Positions 1 through 11,790 of a DNA stretch of 64,000 bases are shown in pieces. Position 1 is the first letter of the stretch, and each line of letters opens with the position of its first letter. This stretch comes from Hypanus sabinus. Lineage: Eukaryota. The translations under genes and the position numbers were made by a program. The stretch lies in the NCBI RefSeq assembly GCF_030144855.1, contig NC_082733.1, positions 27,156,001 to 27,220,000 of the forward strand. Reading direction: 5' to 3'. The notes below the pieces were generated by a model. The model was given only the letters and a program-made list of their open reading frames with translations, did not search any database and was not told where the DNA came from.

Positions 1-169
1 CTTCCCTAAACCTCTTACTTCTGTGAAAACCTATTTCTTTGATTAAGCTTTTGATAAGCTGTCTTAATATCCAACTGTCAAGTCATGGAGCTTTTTGGGA
101 TGCTTTATAAGATTAAATGTTCTGTAAAGATGTAAGCCCTTGCTGCTATGTTGAAGGAAACTGACCTAC

Positions 170-418
170 CTGGAGAAATTTCTGGCCGCTTTTTAGGTTT
201 TATTATAGTTTTTGCACCTCCTCCAAATACTGCAGCCCAGGTTCGATTATTGAGTGGATGAGCAACTAAACGAAAGAGCTCATTACTATCCTGAGTAGCA
301 AGACCATGAATCAAAAGACTCAGGTAAACACCAATCACTGCCTCGCAAAGCAACACATTCAGTTTGGGTTGATCATCTTCCTGAACAGATCCGAGAAGAT
401 TAATCAGTGATGAAACAC
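170..418 (-). CDS. DMXL2: DMXL2 exon ~28 (249 nt)
   Basis: CAG|GT GTT...CCA G|GTAGGT; encodes GVSSLINLLGSVQEDDQPKLNVLLCEAV...WAAVFGGG...PEISP. Confidence 0.93.
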
Positions 419-568
419 CTGGAACAAGCAAATCAGATATATTATTAACCAGTCAAACAGGAAGATGACAATTTCTTGTATCATTTTATCCATAACTACC
501 TAATCACTAAGTAAAAATAAATCAAAATTTGTAGTTGAGTTAAAAAAAAACGAGATTTGCCATCTTAC

Positions 569-696
569 CAGGCCAATGTGAAGGTGAAGAATTAGGAGTT
601 ACATGCTCTTCAATGCTTTCTGTCCGTAGTCTACGTCTTTCTCCCAATAGAAGCCCCTGATAAACCATCCCTGTAAACAGGTTTGTGGCTGTTTGA
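569..696 (-). CDS. DMXL2: DMXL2 exon ~27 (128 nt)
   Basis: CAG|T CAA...CCT G|GTAAG; encodes QTATNLFTGMVYQGLLLGERRRLRTESIEEHVTPNSSPSHWP. Confidence 0.93.
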
Positions 697-958
697 CTGT
701 TAAAGCAAAATTCATAATTTAAAAAGCTTGTCTATAAACAATCTTGTTGGTTTAAGAGACAACATAACCACTCTAGATCACTGTACTATACAAATCAATG
801 TGGAGATATTAATTTAAAGTCACCAGTTAATTTGTCTGCTCTGAAAGTATCTAGATGAGTCAATAAATATTTTAATTCATATAATCTTGCAGAAAAATTG
901 AACTCTTTTCCTTGTAATTTCTAAATTTGAAGAAAATGATCACAATGAATACATTTAC

Positions 959-1035
959 CTGTAGCTGTGGCTGTCGCAAAGAGATTGGTAAATGCAGGCC
1001 GAGAGTGAAGCTGCTGAAGTGTGCAGAATAAAAAC
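959..1035 (-). CDS. DMXL2: DMXL2 exon ~26 (77 nt)
   Basis: TAG|GTT TTT...TAC AG|GTAAA; encodes VFILHTSAASLSACIYQSLCDSHSYS. Confidence 0.93.
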
Positions 1036-1567
1036 CTAATAAGAAATGCAATTCAGTATGAGTTACAAGGATAGCTTGGAGAAACATCACACATTAGTAC
1101 AAACATGTTTTGTATCAATGCTTCTCTTCAACAAAGAACACTTTAATTTGAAATACTTTGAAACAAAGACTATCTTATATTAGAATAGTTAAGAATTAAT
1201 TACTCTAATGTACGCACAGGGTTGCCAAGAAACTCAACCAGCTAAAACTGTGTAGTATATCTGTCCACAGCAAAATTAAAGAGATTAACTACAGCCAAGT
1301 AACGAATGACCACTTTAACTTTTTCAGTATTATTAAGGAGCCAAACTAGTCATCAACTGTACACTTGAAGTACCACAGATGTCTCTGGCTTGGTTTGGAT
1401 AACTAGTAAAGTTTTTCTTAACGTGACAACATGAACCCAAAGTGAACTCTTCTCCTTTACTTAAAGAAAATCTCACTGTTAGATTTCCCTTTTCCTAAAC
1501 AGAAGTAACAATGGCAACTGATACAATTAGTATTTTAAAAGATAGCAAGCTCTAATAAAATTGTTAC

Positions 1568-1759
1568 CGTATCATCCTTAAGTCCTGGAAGAGGTGGACA
1601 ATTCATCTGTACCACTGTGTACAAGATATCATGGATGTGATTACTCAAATGCATGATGGGATTGGCTATCACAGTTTTCGTTGAAGCAATGGCTGCAGAA
1701 AGGAGGGGCAAAGTCGTAGGTAAAGGAAGAGGGGACTGAAGCTGTTTCACAGTGGTTTC
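1568..1759 (-). CDS. DMXL2: DMXL2 exon ~25 (192 nt)
   Basis: TAG|GAA ACC...ACG|GTAAC; encodes ETTVKQLQSPLPLPTTLPLLSAAIASTKTVIANP...LKDDT. Confidence 0.94.
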
Positions 1760-1899
1760 CTAACACATGACAATAAAATCAGTATTAGAATAATCACGCA
1801 CATTGCCTTACAATAGATTAACATTGTATAAGAATAATGTAAAACTTCTATATCAGCAATTCATTCACAGTGAAGTAAAAACTCTGGTGAAATAACAAT

Positions 1900-2190
1900 T
1901 CCTTATTAATAGAAACATGGATTGAGAGGTTTAGATAAACACCAATGGCTGCCTCACATTCTATTTAGGTTGATCATCTTCTTGAACTGCTCCAAGAAGA
2001 TTAATCAGTGATAATACACCTGGAACAAACAAATGAGAGAATGTATTAACTAGTCAAGAAGTCTGCTTAAAATCTTTATTAAATCACTAATTCATGAAAT
2101 ATTAGTATTTGGTATTTTTAGTCTTACAAATAACTACTACTACTAATCCTACTAGGCCAGTGTGAAGGTGAAGAAATAAAGAGTCCTTTG
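1900..2190 (-). pseudogene. Decayed intronic duplicate of DMXL2 exon 27 3' end + intron 27 + exon 28 5' part
   Basis: 1936-2055 aligns to 325-446 (ggttgatcatcttcttgaactgctccaagaagattaatcagtgataatacacctggaacaa vs ggttgatcatcttcctgaacagatccgagaagattaatcagtgatgaaacacctggaacaa). 2151-2184 aligns to 567-599. The copy has an in-frame TAG and a ~10-nt deletion. Confidence 0.88.
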
Positions 2191-3509
2191 CTACACAACT
2201 ATGTCTAAAATTACTTTGAAAATATTAAATATGCAAAATAAAGCCCTAGAAAACTGGAAGCTTCAAAAATGTGTATTTCACAAAGTCTAGATAAAAGTCC
2301 AAAGCAACAAAGTTAATTTCTTATTACAATATATTTCATGGTTTTTTAATTTACATCTTCAGTTTATATTCTTTTCTATTTACTTTTCATTGTGAAATCT
2401 GACACAAACTACAGTAAAAACTCATCACTATGGTGTCTGATCGACACATTTTTTGGACTACTGGATGTATTTCCAATAAATATTCCAGCATGTAAAGTTT
2501 ATTTTTGATGTTACACAGCACAGCAGCATAATAAAGTTTCCAGCAAACCTGATAGATTTCAAAGAGGGGTAGGAACATGATGCCTGAGGGAGCATGGGAA
2601 TCAATATCTAACTAACCAGATTTTTTTTCCCAATACCTATTTGACTGGTTGGGAATTCTCCTTGCCGTACACAATGTGGCAATACAACTATATATTGCAT
2701 GTAGTGTCAATGCTACCCACCAGAAATCTCTAGGCAACTCTGTGCAAAAAAAAAGGAGGGAATGAATCTTGGTATGACCTCTATAGGCAAAGAAAGGAAG
2801 TGGATAGCAAAAATGTACTGATTTACATTACATTGCTCCTTTCATGACCCAAGAAACCCCAAAAGGCTTTACAACCAAAAGTGTACTTGTCCTTTCTTTT
2901 GAATGTGGAACATCAAACCATAGAAATGTGGAATATAAAAACAGCATCAGCTGGCACCCTTGTACAGTATAACACACTCTTTCCAAAAACAATGAATGTT
3001 ACTAAAAAGCCCTAGTCCAATTTTTCAGAGAAACTTGCATGTGTTCAGGAAGGTACAACATCAATTCAGGCAGCACCAATAGCACTCTTCCAACCACAGA
3101 TCACTGTTCTATTCATTTGGCTATGCCTGTCATTCCAAAGGGCAGGGAATGGCCACTCGGGTCTACTGGCCAAGATCTTGAGAGACTACTAAGACACCTC
3201 ACATAGGATTGTGCATTAAGGTGTCGTACAAGACTACATGTTGGCAACATTGACAGAAGCTCCCAGGGAACATTAACTTGGTACAACATTCCTTGTAAAA
3301 TCACTATTGAAGAAAATGTCTTTACAAGACAGTTTCAAGGAAATTAGTTGCAGAATTCTAGACTTCATGTACGTTTGATATTCTGCTAATAGCTTTATTT
3401 ATAATAAATTCAAACCTCCGCTCTCACATAAGAATACTTGTTTCTTTTACCACCTTCACTTGCATTTCTCTGACACTCCCTCTTTTATGATCACTACTAC
3501 ATTTTCTGT

Positions 3510-3752
3510 TCATCTCTCCTGTACACATCAGTAGGACAGAAAATTGGTATATTAACCAGTGAAAATAATGCCTCTTGGGTTGCATATCACCAAGGTGTAG
3601 TTGAACAGTTGACACCCAATGTTAAATGCATATATCAGAACTTTCTTCAAGACTCATAAAATCATTTCAATGAAACAGCTCACATCCTTGATTGGCATCA
3701 ACTTATCACTTTGTACATATGGTGATGTGGGAAAGGTCCTTCCTGCAGTGCC
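3510..3752. repeat. Copy 1 of a diverged ~250-bp direct repeat of unknown origin
   Basis: Colinear with 4312-4540 by eye (acacatcagtag..., ttcaatg.aacag, gtgatgtgggaaag). Confidence 0.8.
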
Positions 3753-4311
3753 TGTGCATCCCATACCCATGTGCACAAATCTGTGATCACCATGTTTGTG
3801 CAGCAGACCCTGTTCTCTATTACCTTGGATATCCTTGCCATTGAATCAAGACCACTTTATCAAATAAAAAAATGGAAACCATAGTAAACTGCAATAGCTC
3901 TCATTGTAACTATGGCATTAATATGCAATCTTTGTGACTGACTGATTTGTTACTGGCCACAAATGATGGTTTTGAGTGTGTGTATGTATTTTGAGGAAGT
4001 TGGCAGCTGACCACTGATGCCTTTGGTTAGTCAGCCATTCTCCTGAAGGTCAATTGAGAAGCAGATAAAATATTATGAAGAGCATTTCTCTAATACAGAA
4101 GTGAGCAGCAAGCTGTAGTATGCAAGATAAAAATAGCTGTGGCCTGGAGTAAACACAAGTCTAACCAATGGCTCCATGTAAACCCTAGATGGATAGAGTC
4201 TTCTGTGATGACCCTTCAATGAAACCTGTAAACATTATACTTCTGTGAAAACGTTTCCAGAAAACCAAGGAAGGTTATCCTTACTGGTTCAATGCCTGTT
4301 ACATAGGAAAT

Positions 4312-4540
4312 GTCTTCTGCACACATCAGTAGAACATAAAATCTGTACATTAACCCGTGAAAAAATGGCAGTTATACACGTCAGTGAAGTGGACTTGGAC
4401 GGTGAACATCCAACAATAAGTGCATATTATCAGTACTTCCTTCATAATTCAGCATATCTTTTCAATGGAACAGTTTACACCTTTAGTCTTTCATCAAATT
4501 AACACTTCATGCATACAGTGATGTGGGAAAGATTGTCCCC
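4312..4540. repeat. Copy 2 of a diverged ~250-bp direct repeat of unknown origin
   Basis: Colinear with 3510-3752. Confidence 0.8.
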
Positions 4541-5216
4541 TATAACTGTGGTCCCTATCAGGAGGAGGAGGAGGTGTGTTGCGTCTGGGCAAATTCACAT
4601 TCCGAGTCAATTTGGTCAGCAGCAAGGTGTTTGAAGATGTAAAACAGTATCTTCAGCATAAATTGTGTGCAAGGTAAGCTATTTACTATGCAGCACATCT
4701 GTATTGCACTCTGCACGTTGCCCAGCAACAAATATTGGTTTTTCATTACAGGCCTTCTAACCAACTACTGTCAGCAAAACCTAGTGAATACTGACTGATG
4801 CTTCTCAGTCTTATGTGGTTGAATAATCCCCGTGATGTAGGCAATAATATAATGCACAAAGTACATTTCTCATCATTTGAATTGATTGGGGGGGGGGGGG
4901 GTGAAGAAAATAAATTAAACTTCAAATTTTCATCCAAAAATGAGCACAAAACATCAGAGGATACCAAAAATTTAACCAGAGCATGAGCAAAATTGCTTGA
5001 ACTCCATATTGATGTGATTTTCCAACTTGTGTTATGCATACAAATTTCTAGGTCACTCTGCTTTACCCACTGATTAGATTACATGCAAGATGCCAAAATA
5101 TGTACTTATCATTAGTAATTAATTAGTAAATACATCTAGATTCTCATGGTTAAAACCATATGATTTCATGGAGTGTTTTTTTATTCGACCATTAAAAGAC
5201 CACTTAAGAATTTTAC

Positions 5217-6292
5217 CTGCTGAGATTCTTGTAAAAGGAAGACAAGTTCCATTCTGACTGAAGCTAAGCCACCACCCTGAGCTCCATGCAAGCTGCAGTA
5301 GCTAAGAAAGACTCTCAGCAGAGCTTGATTTCTCCGCAACCACCATTTCCTCCTTTCTGCGTGTTCTTGTTTTGCTTGGAGCCTCCTCCGATCAATCTGA
5401 TGCCTTTCATACGAAGCTGCTTCTATACTCTCAGTTACTTCATCTTGGTCAAATGAATCACTGATCTTTTTATTTATTTCAACAACCACATCTTTCACTT
5501 CAGTTTTATAATTGCAGATTTGATGCATCGCATGAATTTCTTTTTCTAACCAGTTGTAGAGTTGAAATCGGAGCTTCCCTCCATCTACTTCATATCCTGT
5601 AGCTAATGTCCTAAGTTCAGTCATTAGAATTTTCAAGCAGGCTCTGAATTTTAGCTGTTCTGCTATTACATCAACTCGAGAGTCATTAGAAGTGGAATCC
5701 TCTCTTGGAACTGACTGGATCTCTTGAGGTACTCCTTTCTCAATGTTAGTTTCTTTAACCATTTCTGCATCTTTCATATTCAAACCACCTGCCTCTTCAT
5801 CTTCATAGTCATCTTCTAAGTCATTATCCCATTCAAGTTTTAGGGGCTCATCAGAAAATGTCACTACTGGTGCACTCCAGTCAATCCCAGCAGAATTACT
5901 GGTTTCCCATTCCAAGCCTGATGAAGTCTGTGGCCAGTTTGCACCTATAGTGCTTCTTTTGTTTTCTACTGCACCATTTTTGTCTTGGTCACTCGTACTA
6001 GAGCTTTCAGTCGTCAAGGGTGGCTTTGATTTCTTCATGACTCTGGGGATTTTAGACAGTACCTCAAGAGCCAAGACTGGGCAACCAACTTTAAAATGAG
6101 CATTTGCTGTGGTGAAAAATAATTTCCTCTCAATGAGGTTAATTTCATCTTCACTGATTTTCTCCTTTGCAAGTCCTAAAGTAGCTAATGACCCTTCAGG
6201 AGGAGCAAAATGTTTTCTCATTAGTAGTGGATGTGCACGGAGATAGTTGTAAAAACTGAAGACTGCTGGATTGCAAGACTTTATGAGAATTC
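5217..6292 (-). CDS. DMXL2: DMXL2 exon ~24 (1076 nt)
   Basis: CAG|GA ATT...CAG|GTAAAA; encodes GILIKSCNPAVFSFYNYLRAHPLL...SVRMELVFLLQESQQ. Confidence 0.95.
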
Positions 6293-7039
6293 CTGAAACA
6301 TAGTAGACACTACAATAAATACTTTTTTTTTTCCAATTTACTAGGTTAGATACAACCAAGTCAAAATTCATATATTACACCCATATGGGGCAATTACACC
6401 ACATGAATAGTGAAGTTGCCAGAGCCCCAGATATTGAGACTCAAGACCTTCTTCCGACAGAGATAATGCAATAGGAACTGCAACAATCAGAAGTGACCAT
6501 TGGCAACATAATGGTAAATGATGGCTTCTCTGATAAGAGAGCAAGCTTAGGTGGAGTAGGGGATATAAAATGAGTGCCAATGTGGAAGGTTTGTGTGAAT
6601 TAGCAGAGTGGCCTCTGAGAATAAGTAGCGGAACACAACACCAACAACTGGCAGTAGCTAAGGTCAGAGGGTAGGGTTCATTTAGCTGGGGTAATATTAA
6701 TTTTGCTTGCTATATTAGTGTCAATTTCTGTAACTATAATTAGAGTTGCAAAGTTGCAGCTAGAACCCAATCGACCATTGTAATCACTTCATCCTTAGAT
6801 CTGTGAAAGCCTTTTGCTCACAGATGCTACTTGGTTATCTTTACCAAGTAAGACTGGTGGCATTTTTTCCAAAAACTATCATTTTGGGACACAAGAGAAT
6901 GCATGGTACCTAAACTTAAAGAAAAATACACCTTGTAACCTAACACTTCGGTCAATATTATTTAAAAGAAACTTTATATGCACCTATTATTCCTACAAGC
7001 AACACACAAAGGAAATAGAGGAATCAACAGGTTAGGTAT

Positions 7040-7168
7040 CATCTATAGAGGCAACTGGACAGTTGACATTTGGGGTCATACAGTCCTGAAGAAATGTCCC
7101 GACCCAAAATGCTGACTGTCCTTTGCATGTTGGTCTAGATTTCCCACATCTGCAATCTCGTGTCTCTA
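7040..7168. repeat. Decayed copy of the palindromic Penelope-like/hammerhead element family
   Basis: gacagttgacattt...cagtcctgaagaaatgtcccgacccaaaatgctgactgtc...catctgcaatctc resembles 26108-26451. Confidence 0.65.
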
Positions 7169-7231
7169 TTTTTCCAACTAATTTAATTGCATATTTCATT
7201 TAAACAAGAAGTGTAGAGTGGTCATTCATAC

Positions 7232-7496
7232 CTGGATGTTCTTCGGTACCTTTTGTAGGCTGTTCTAGCAACGTGTCCAATGCATTGGAATAATCTTTCA
7301 TTGTCCAATATGCAATACTCCGCAGGAATGGATCTGGGTGCAGTTTACTTGGTGCAAACTCAGACCCACCTGGCTTACAGCCAAGAACCTTCTCATAGAG
7401 GATAGATTTACAAGTAGAGGAAGTTTCATAATCAGATTCGTACAATCGTGCAATAATCATGGCCAACTGGATATCATCCATTTTTTCCAAGATCAC
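7232..7496 (-). CDS. DMXL2: DMXL2 exon ~23 (265 nt)
   Basis: CAG|GTG ATC...CCA G|GTATG; encodes VILEKMDDIQLAMIIARLYES...LHPDPFLRSIAYW...EEHP. Confidence 0.94.
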
Positions 7497-8117
7497 CTGT
7501 CAAAGCATAAACTTTGCATTTCAGTGTGACAGTAAGTCAGACAAACATTCATGCAAGTGTAAGGATTTCTCTTTTAAGTTAGCTGCTAAGGCTAATAAAA
7601 TGACTTCTCTGTATAAACAAGAGTTCCAACATTTGGCCAGGTTGTGGGGGGGGGGGGGAGAGTCATCACCCCTGAGATCATGCCAATAGGCAAAGCGAGT
7701 GTTATACAAGTCTGAATGAATAATTGAATTGTACTTTACATTGAAATATGTAGACACCTGGATGTTAAAAATACAAAGAAAGAACATTCTCCTTCCACCA
7801 TCAAGTGTACTACAGCAGTACATGAAATGTGGTTTACTTTAAACACAATTTCTAGACATCTAATGCTGTATTGTTTGCCTGTATTCATGTGTACGGTTGA
7901 ATGACAATTAAAACTAAAGTTGAAATGATGTTTCAGCATTGTGACATTAAACTTAAATGAACTGATAAAATTGTTTCTTTTAAACAATCTTGGTCCTATA
8001 AAGATAACATTTTCTAACAATATCTATTACAGCAGACCACAAGTAATAAAATACTGCTTTGGCTAGGTTACTTTGGAAAAAAAATTAATTATGCTTTGAA
8101 GGAAAAATCAACACTAC

Positions 8118-8283
8118 CTCAATGGTATCCTTTAAAGAACCAGCCAAAAGGAAAAATGCAGCAGCTTGCTCAAAGCGCTGTTTACCCAGCAAAGCAAATG
8201 CATTCTTTAAAGCTGCTTTACGCCATCTATCTTCACTAAAATTGTGTTTGAAAAACTCAGTCATCTTCTTATCCTGCTGAGAT
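8118..8283 (-). CDS. DMXL2: DMXL2 exon ~22 (166 nt)
   Basis: TAG|A TCT...GAG|GTAGT; encodes SQQDKKMTEFFKHNFSEDRWRKAALKNAFALLGKQRFEQAAAFFLLAGSLKDTIE. Confidence 0.95.
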
Positions 8284-9439
8284 CTAAGGAAACAAAAATA
8301 GTTTTTGAATTACATTTCCGCTGCATGTGCTAAGTGTGTAACTGTGCTTTAGCATCATTCCACTAATCAAGGAAACAAACCAGTTTATTATTTTGAAGAT
8401 TTTATGAACAATATAATGGAATTTTATAGGAACCCAATCATCAAGTATAATTGGGTACCTCTTACACACAACACATGCATGTATAAATGGTTGCATGGTC
8501 TTCCCTGTGTATAATGCATTACATATAGACCTAAGACAGGATAGTGCCATCAATTAATGAACCTTGTACAATTGACGTCATTAAAGCAGTGTTTTTTTTT
8601 TGTTAAGTGTAGTACTTAACCAAACAATTACAGTCTATCCCCGTATTATTTAAAAGGATCAGTGTCAAGGATATTGTCAGACCATCAGAATCAAATTCTT
8701 TCATTTTAGGTCATTTTCAGTTAAGGTTAGTTTCTTTGTTTCTGCCTAAGTCTTCCAGATTTGTGATGGACTTCATTCTCTTCAAGTTTCCCTCATGGCA
8801 AATGTGATCCCTGAGCCCTCAACAAACGTCAATTCTTCTATTCCATGTATCAGCCTCCCCATCTTTAACCTCTGCTTCTCTCTCAGTATCTTATCTTTTA
8901 TGCACCCTCCCATTCCAAATTTCTCCTTGGATCCTTTTCAATCTTCTCGGTCATTTCCAACCAGCATCCCTAACTACTTCCTCAATTGTTCTCTCTCCAC
9001 TCCTCTGCCAGTTCCCTAACAGTCCCCATCCACATAATCTTTTCCAGCAATCTGATAGTGTTCCCTCTCCTTAACTATCTTCAACTGGCATAGTCTCCTC
9101 ATGACTTCCTCCCTCTCTTCACCATAGTGGGAAGTCAAAATTTCTTATAAAGTTTACACATTGAATAATTTCTATCCCAAGTTACCTAATATGCATTCTT
9201 TTCATTTTTCAAACATTGTGCATCTCTGAAGATATTTTGTAACATATTCTAACATATTGTAAGATATTCTGATGATTTACTACAGAAACCACATTTGAAA
9301 ATGTACTCAATGATACAATATGTGACTTTCTACACCACATAGCATGCATTATCCCACCATTGTATTTCTGGTCACTAACACCAGCTAAGTAATAAAGCAC
9401 TGCAACAAATTTGTGTCTTAGCCCTTATTTATTGTATTT

Positions 9440-9625
9440 TTGTTTACAGATACATCATGGTTACAAGCTCTTCTAGCTGAACAAGCCTGTGCTGCCCAAT
9501 TACACCCATGTGAGGTGGGTCTTTGGAATATGGAAGGAAACAGAAGAACCCAGAGGAAACTCACATAGTAAAAAGGAAAATTTACAAACTTCTTACAGAC
9601 AGCAGCAGGAAGTTTAGTGATGGAC
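9440..9625 (-). mobile_element. V-SINE-like fragment
   Basis: Reverse complement of the V-domain-like motif (ctttggaatatggaaggaaacagaagaacccagaggaaactcac...tacaaacttcttacagac). Confidence 0.65.
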
Positions 9626-9684
9626 TTAAAACCAACTTTTACAATGAACAACTTCTTTTAAAGTCTGGTTCATCCTATAGAAAT

Positions 9685-11070
9685 TTATAACCATTTAACA
9701 ATTACAGCACAGAAACAGGCCATCTCTGCCCTTCTAGTCCGTGCTGAATGCTTACTCTCACCTAGTCCCACCGACCTGCACTCAGCTATAACCCTCCATT
9801 CCTTTCCTGTCCATATACCTATCCTTTTTTAAAAAAAAAAGACAATATTGAACCTGCCTCTACCACTTCTACTGGAAGCTCGTTCCGCACAGCTACCACT
9901 CTGAGTAAAGAAGTTGTCCTTCGTGTTACCCCTAAACTTTTGCCCCTTAACTCTCATGTCCTCTTGTTTGAATCTCCACTACTCTCAATGGAAAAAGCCT
10001 ATCCATGTCAACTCTATCTATCCCCCTCATAATTTTAAATACCTCTATCAAGTCCCCCCTCAACCTTCTACGCTCCAAAGAATAAAGACATAACTTGTTC
10101 AACCTTTCCCAGTAACTCAGGTGCTGAAACCCAGGTAGTATTCTAGTACTCTCTCTATTTTGTTGACATCTTTCCTATAATTCGGTGACCAGAACTGTAC
10201 ACAGTACTCCAAATTTGGCCTCACCAATGCCTTGTATTTTAACATTACATCCCAACTCCTATACTCAATGCTCTGATTTATAAAGGCCAGCATACCAAAA
10301 GCTTTCTTCACCACCCTATCCAAATGAGATTCCACCTTCTGGGAACTATGCACCCATTATTCCTAGATCACTCTGTTCTACTGTATTCCTCAATGCCCTA
10401 CTATTTACCATCGATGTCCTATTTTGATTAGTCCTACCAAAATGTAGCACCTCACATCTAATCAGCGTCAAAGTCCATTTGCCATCTTTCAGCCCACTCT
10501 TCTAACTGGCCTAAATCTCTCTGTAAGCTTTGAAAACCTACTTCATCATCCACAAGGCCACCTATCTTAGTATCATCTGCATACTTACTAATACAATTTA
10601 CCACCCCATCATCCAGATCATTAGTGTATATGACAAACAACATTGGACAGATCCCCGAGGCACACCACTAGTCACCAGCCTCCAACAGTTACTCACCACT
10701 ACTCTCTGGCATCTTCCATCCAGCCACTGTCGAATCCATTTTACTACTTCAATATTAATACCTAATGATTGAACCTTCCTAACTAAACTCCTGTGTGGAA
10801 CCTTGTCAAAGGCCTTACTGAAGTCTATATAGACAACATCCACTGCTTTACCCTCGTCAACTTACCTCGTAACCTCTTCAAAAAATTCAGTAAGATTTGT
10901 CAAACATGACCTTCCATGCACAAATCCATGTTGGCTGTTCCTAATCAGACCCTGTCTATCCAGATACCATCTCTAAGAATACTTTCCATTAATTTACCCA
11001 CCACTGACGTCAAACTTACAGGCTGACTAGGTTTACTCTTAGAACCCTTTGTAAACAATGGAACCACATG
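9685..11070 (-). mobile_element. CR1-clade LINE, 3' part (RT domain and tail), frameshifted
   Basis: ORF pieces DVVYIDFSKAFDKVPH, VTSGVPRGS, KYADDTKIG, KALVRPNLEYCVQFWSP. Confidence 0.9.
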
Positions 11071-11616
11071 ACCCCATATATTCTTGGAAATTTAGTATTC
11101 ATTTGCAAAGATGTAATCTACAAGGTAAATAATAAAATTAATCAATTCATATTGCTAATTTTAATTACTTGTATGCAGTATCTTGGTGAGACAGTATGAA
11201 ACACTATGCTGAGAAATTGAATTGTATATCACTCCATATAGCATCAAGCCAAATTTTTAGAAATCACCTTGGGTCAAAAGGTGAAGACAGATATTTATAC
11301 ATCACAAGCACATGTAATTGATGTCATTCCCCAAAGACTACACATTTGGGAATTTGCACCATATTGTTCTGAATTTGTCATCACTGGATATTTAGTGCAG
11401 CATTGGAATGTGAAAGAGTGGTGAAATTAGTAGGGTTTCTGCCTCATTACTCCTACGATGTGGAGTAAATAAAATGGGATTACAGAAAATGGGCACCTAA
11501 TGGCCATTATAAGCTTGGCACAACTCTACAACATACAAGTTAAATAAATTATGGCCTCTCCCTCAATGTAGTAAACCTTCAATTATATCAGTAGCAAATG
11601 TCCAGACCACTTTTTA

Positions 11617-11790
11617 AGATTAGTTCTACTTGTCACATGTACATCGAAACATCATTTGCATCAATGATCAACTCGGCTGATGATGTGCTTCCAGCGCCAA
11701 CATAGTATGCCCACAACTTATTAACCCTAACCTGTATGTCATTGCAACTTAGAGGAAATGGGTGCTTATAGGTCCCTGTAGAGAAGAAGC
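11617..11790 (-). mobile_element. SINE 3' fragment (same family as 21774-22084)
   Basis: Shares aagattag..ttgtcacatgtacatcgaaac and cttccagcgccaacatagtatgccc with the 21774 copy. Confidence 0.6.

Noticed and set aside
4561-4680. Apparent plus-strand exon ending GCAAG|GTAAG
   Set aside because: It is a single good donor with no partner exons or recognisable peptide, which is expected by chance.
5181-6371. ORF-track proteins of 396 aa, 598 aa (26574-28370) and 204 aa (43619-44233) as stand-alone genes
   Set aside because: They are single large DMXL2 exons plus intronic read-through; the splice sites and phases link them into one gene.
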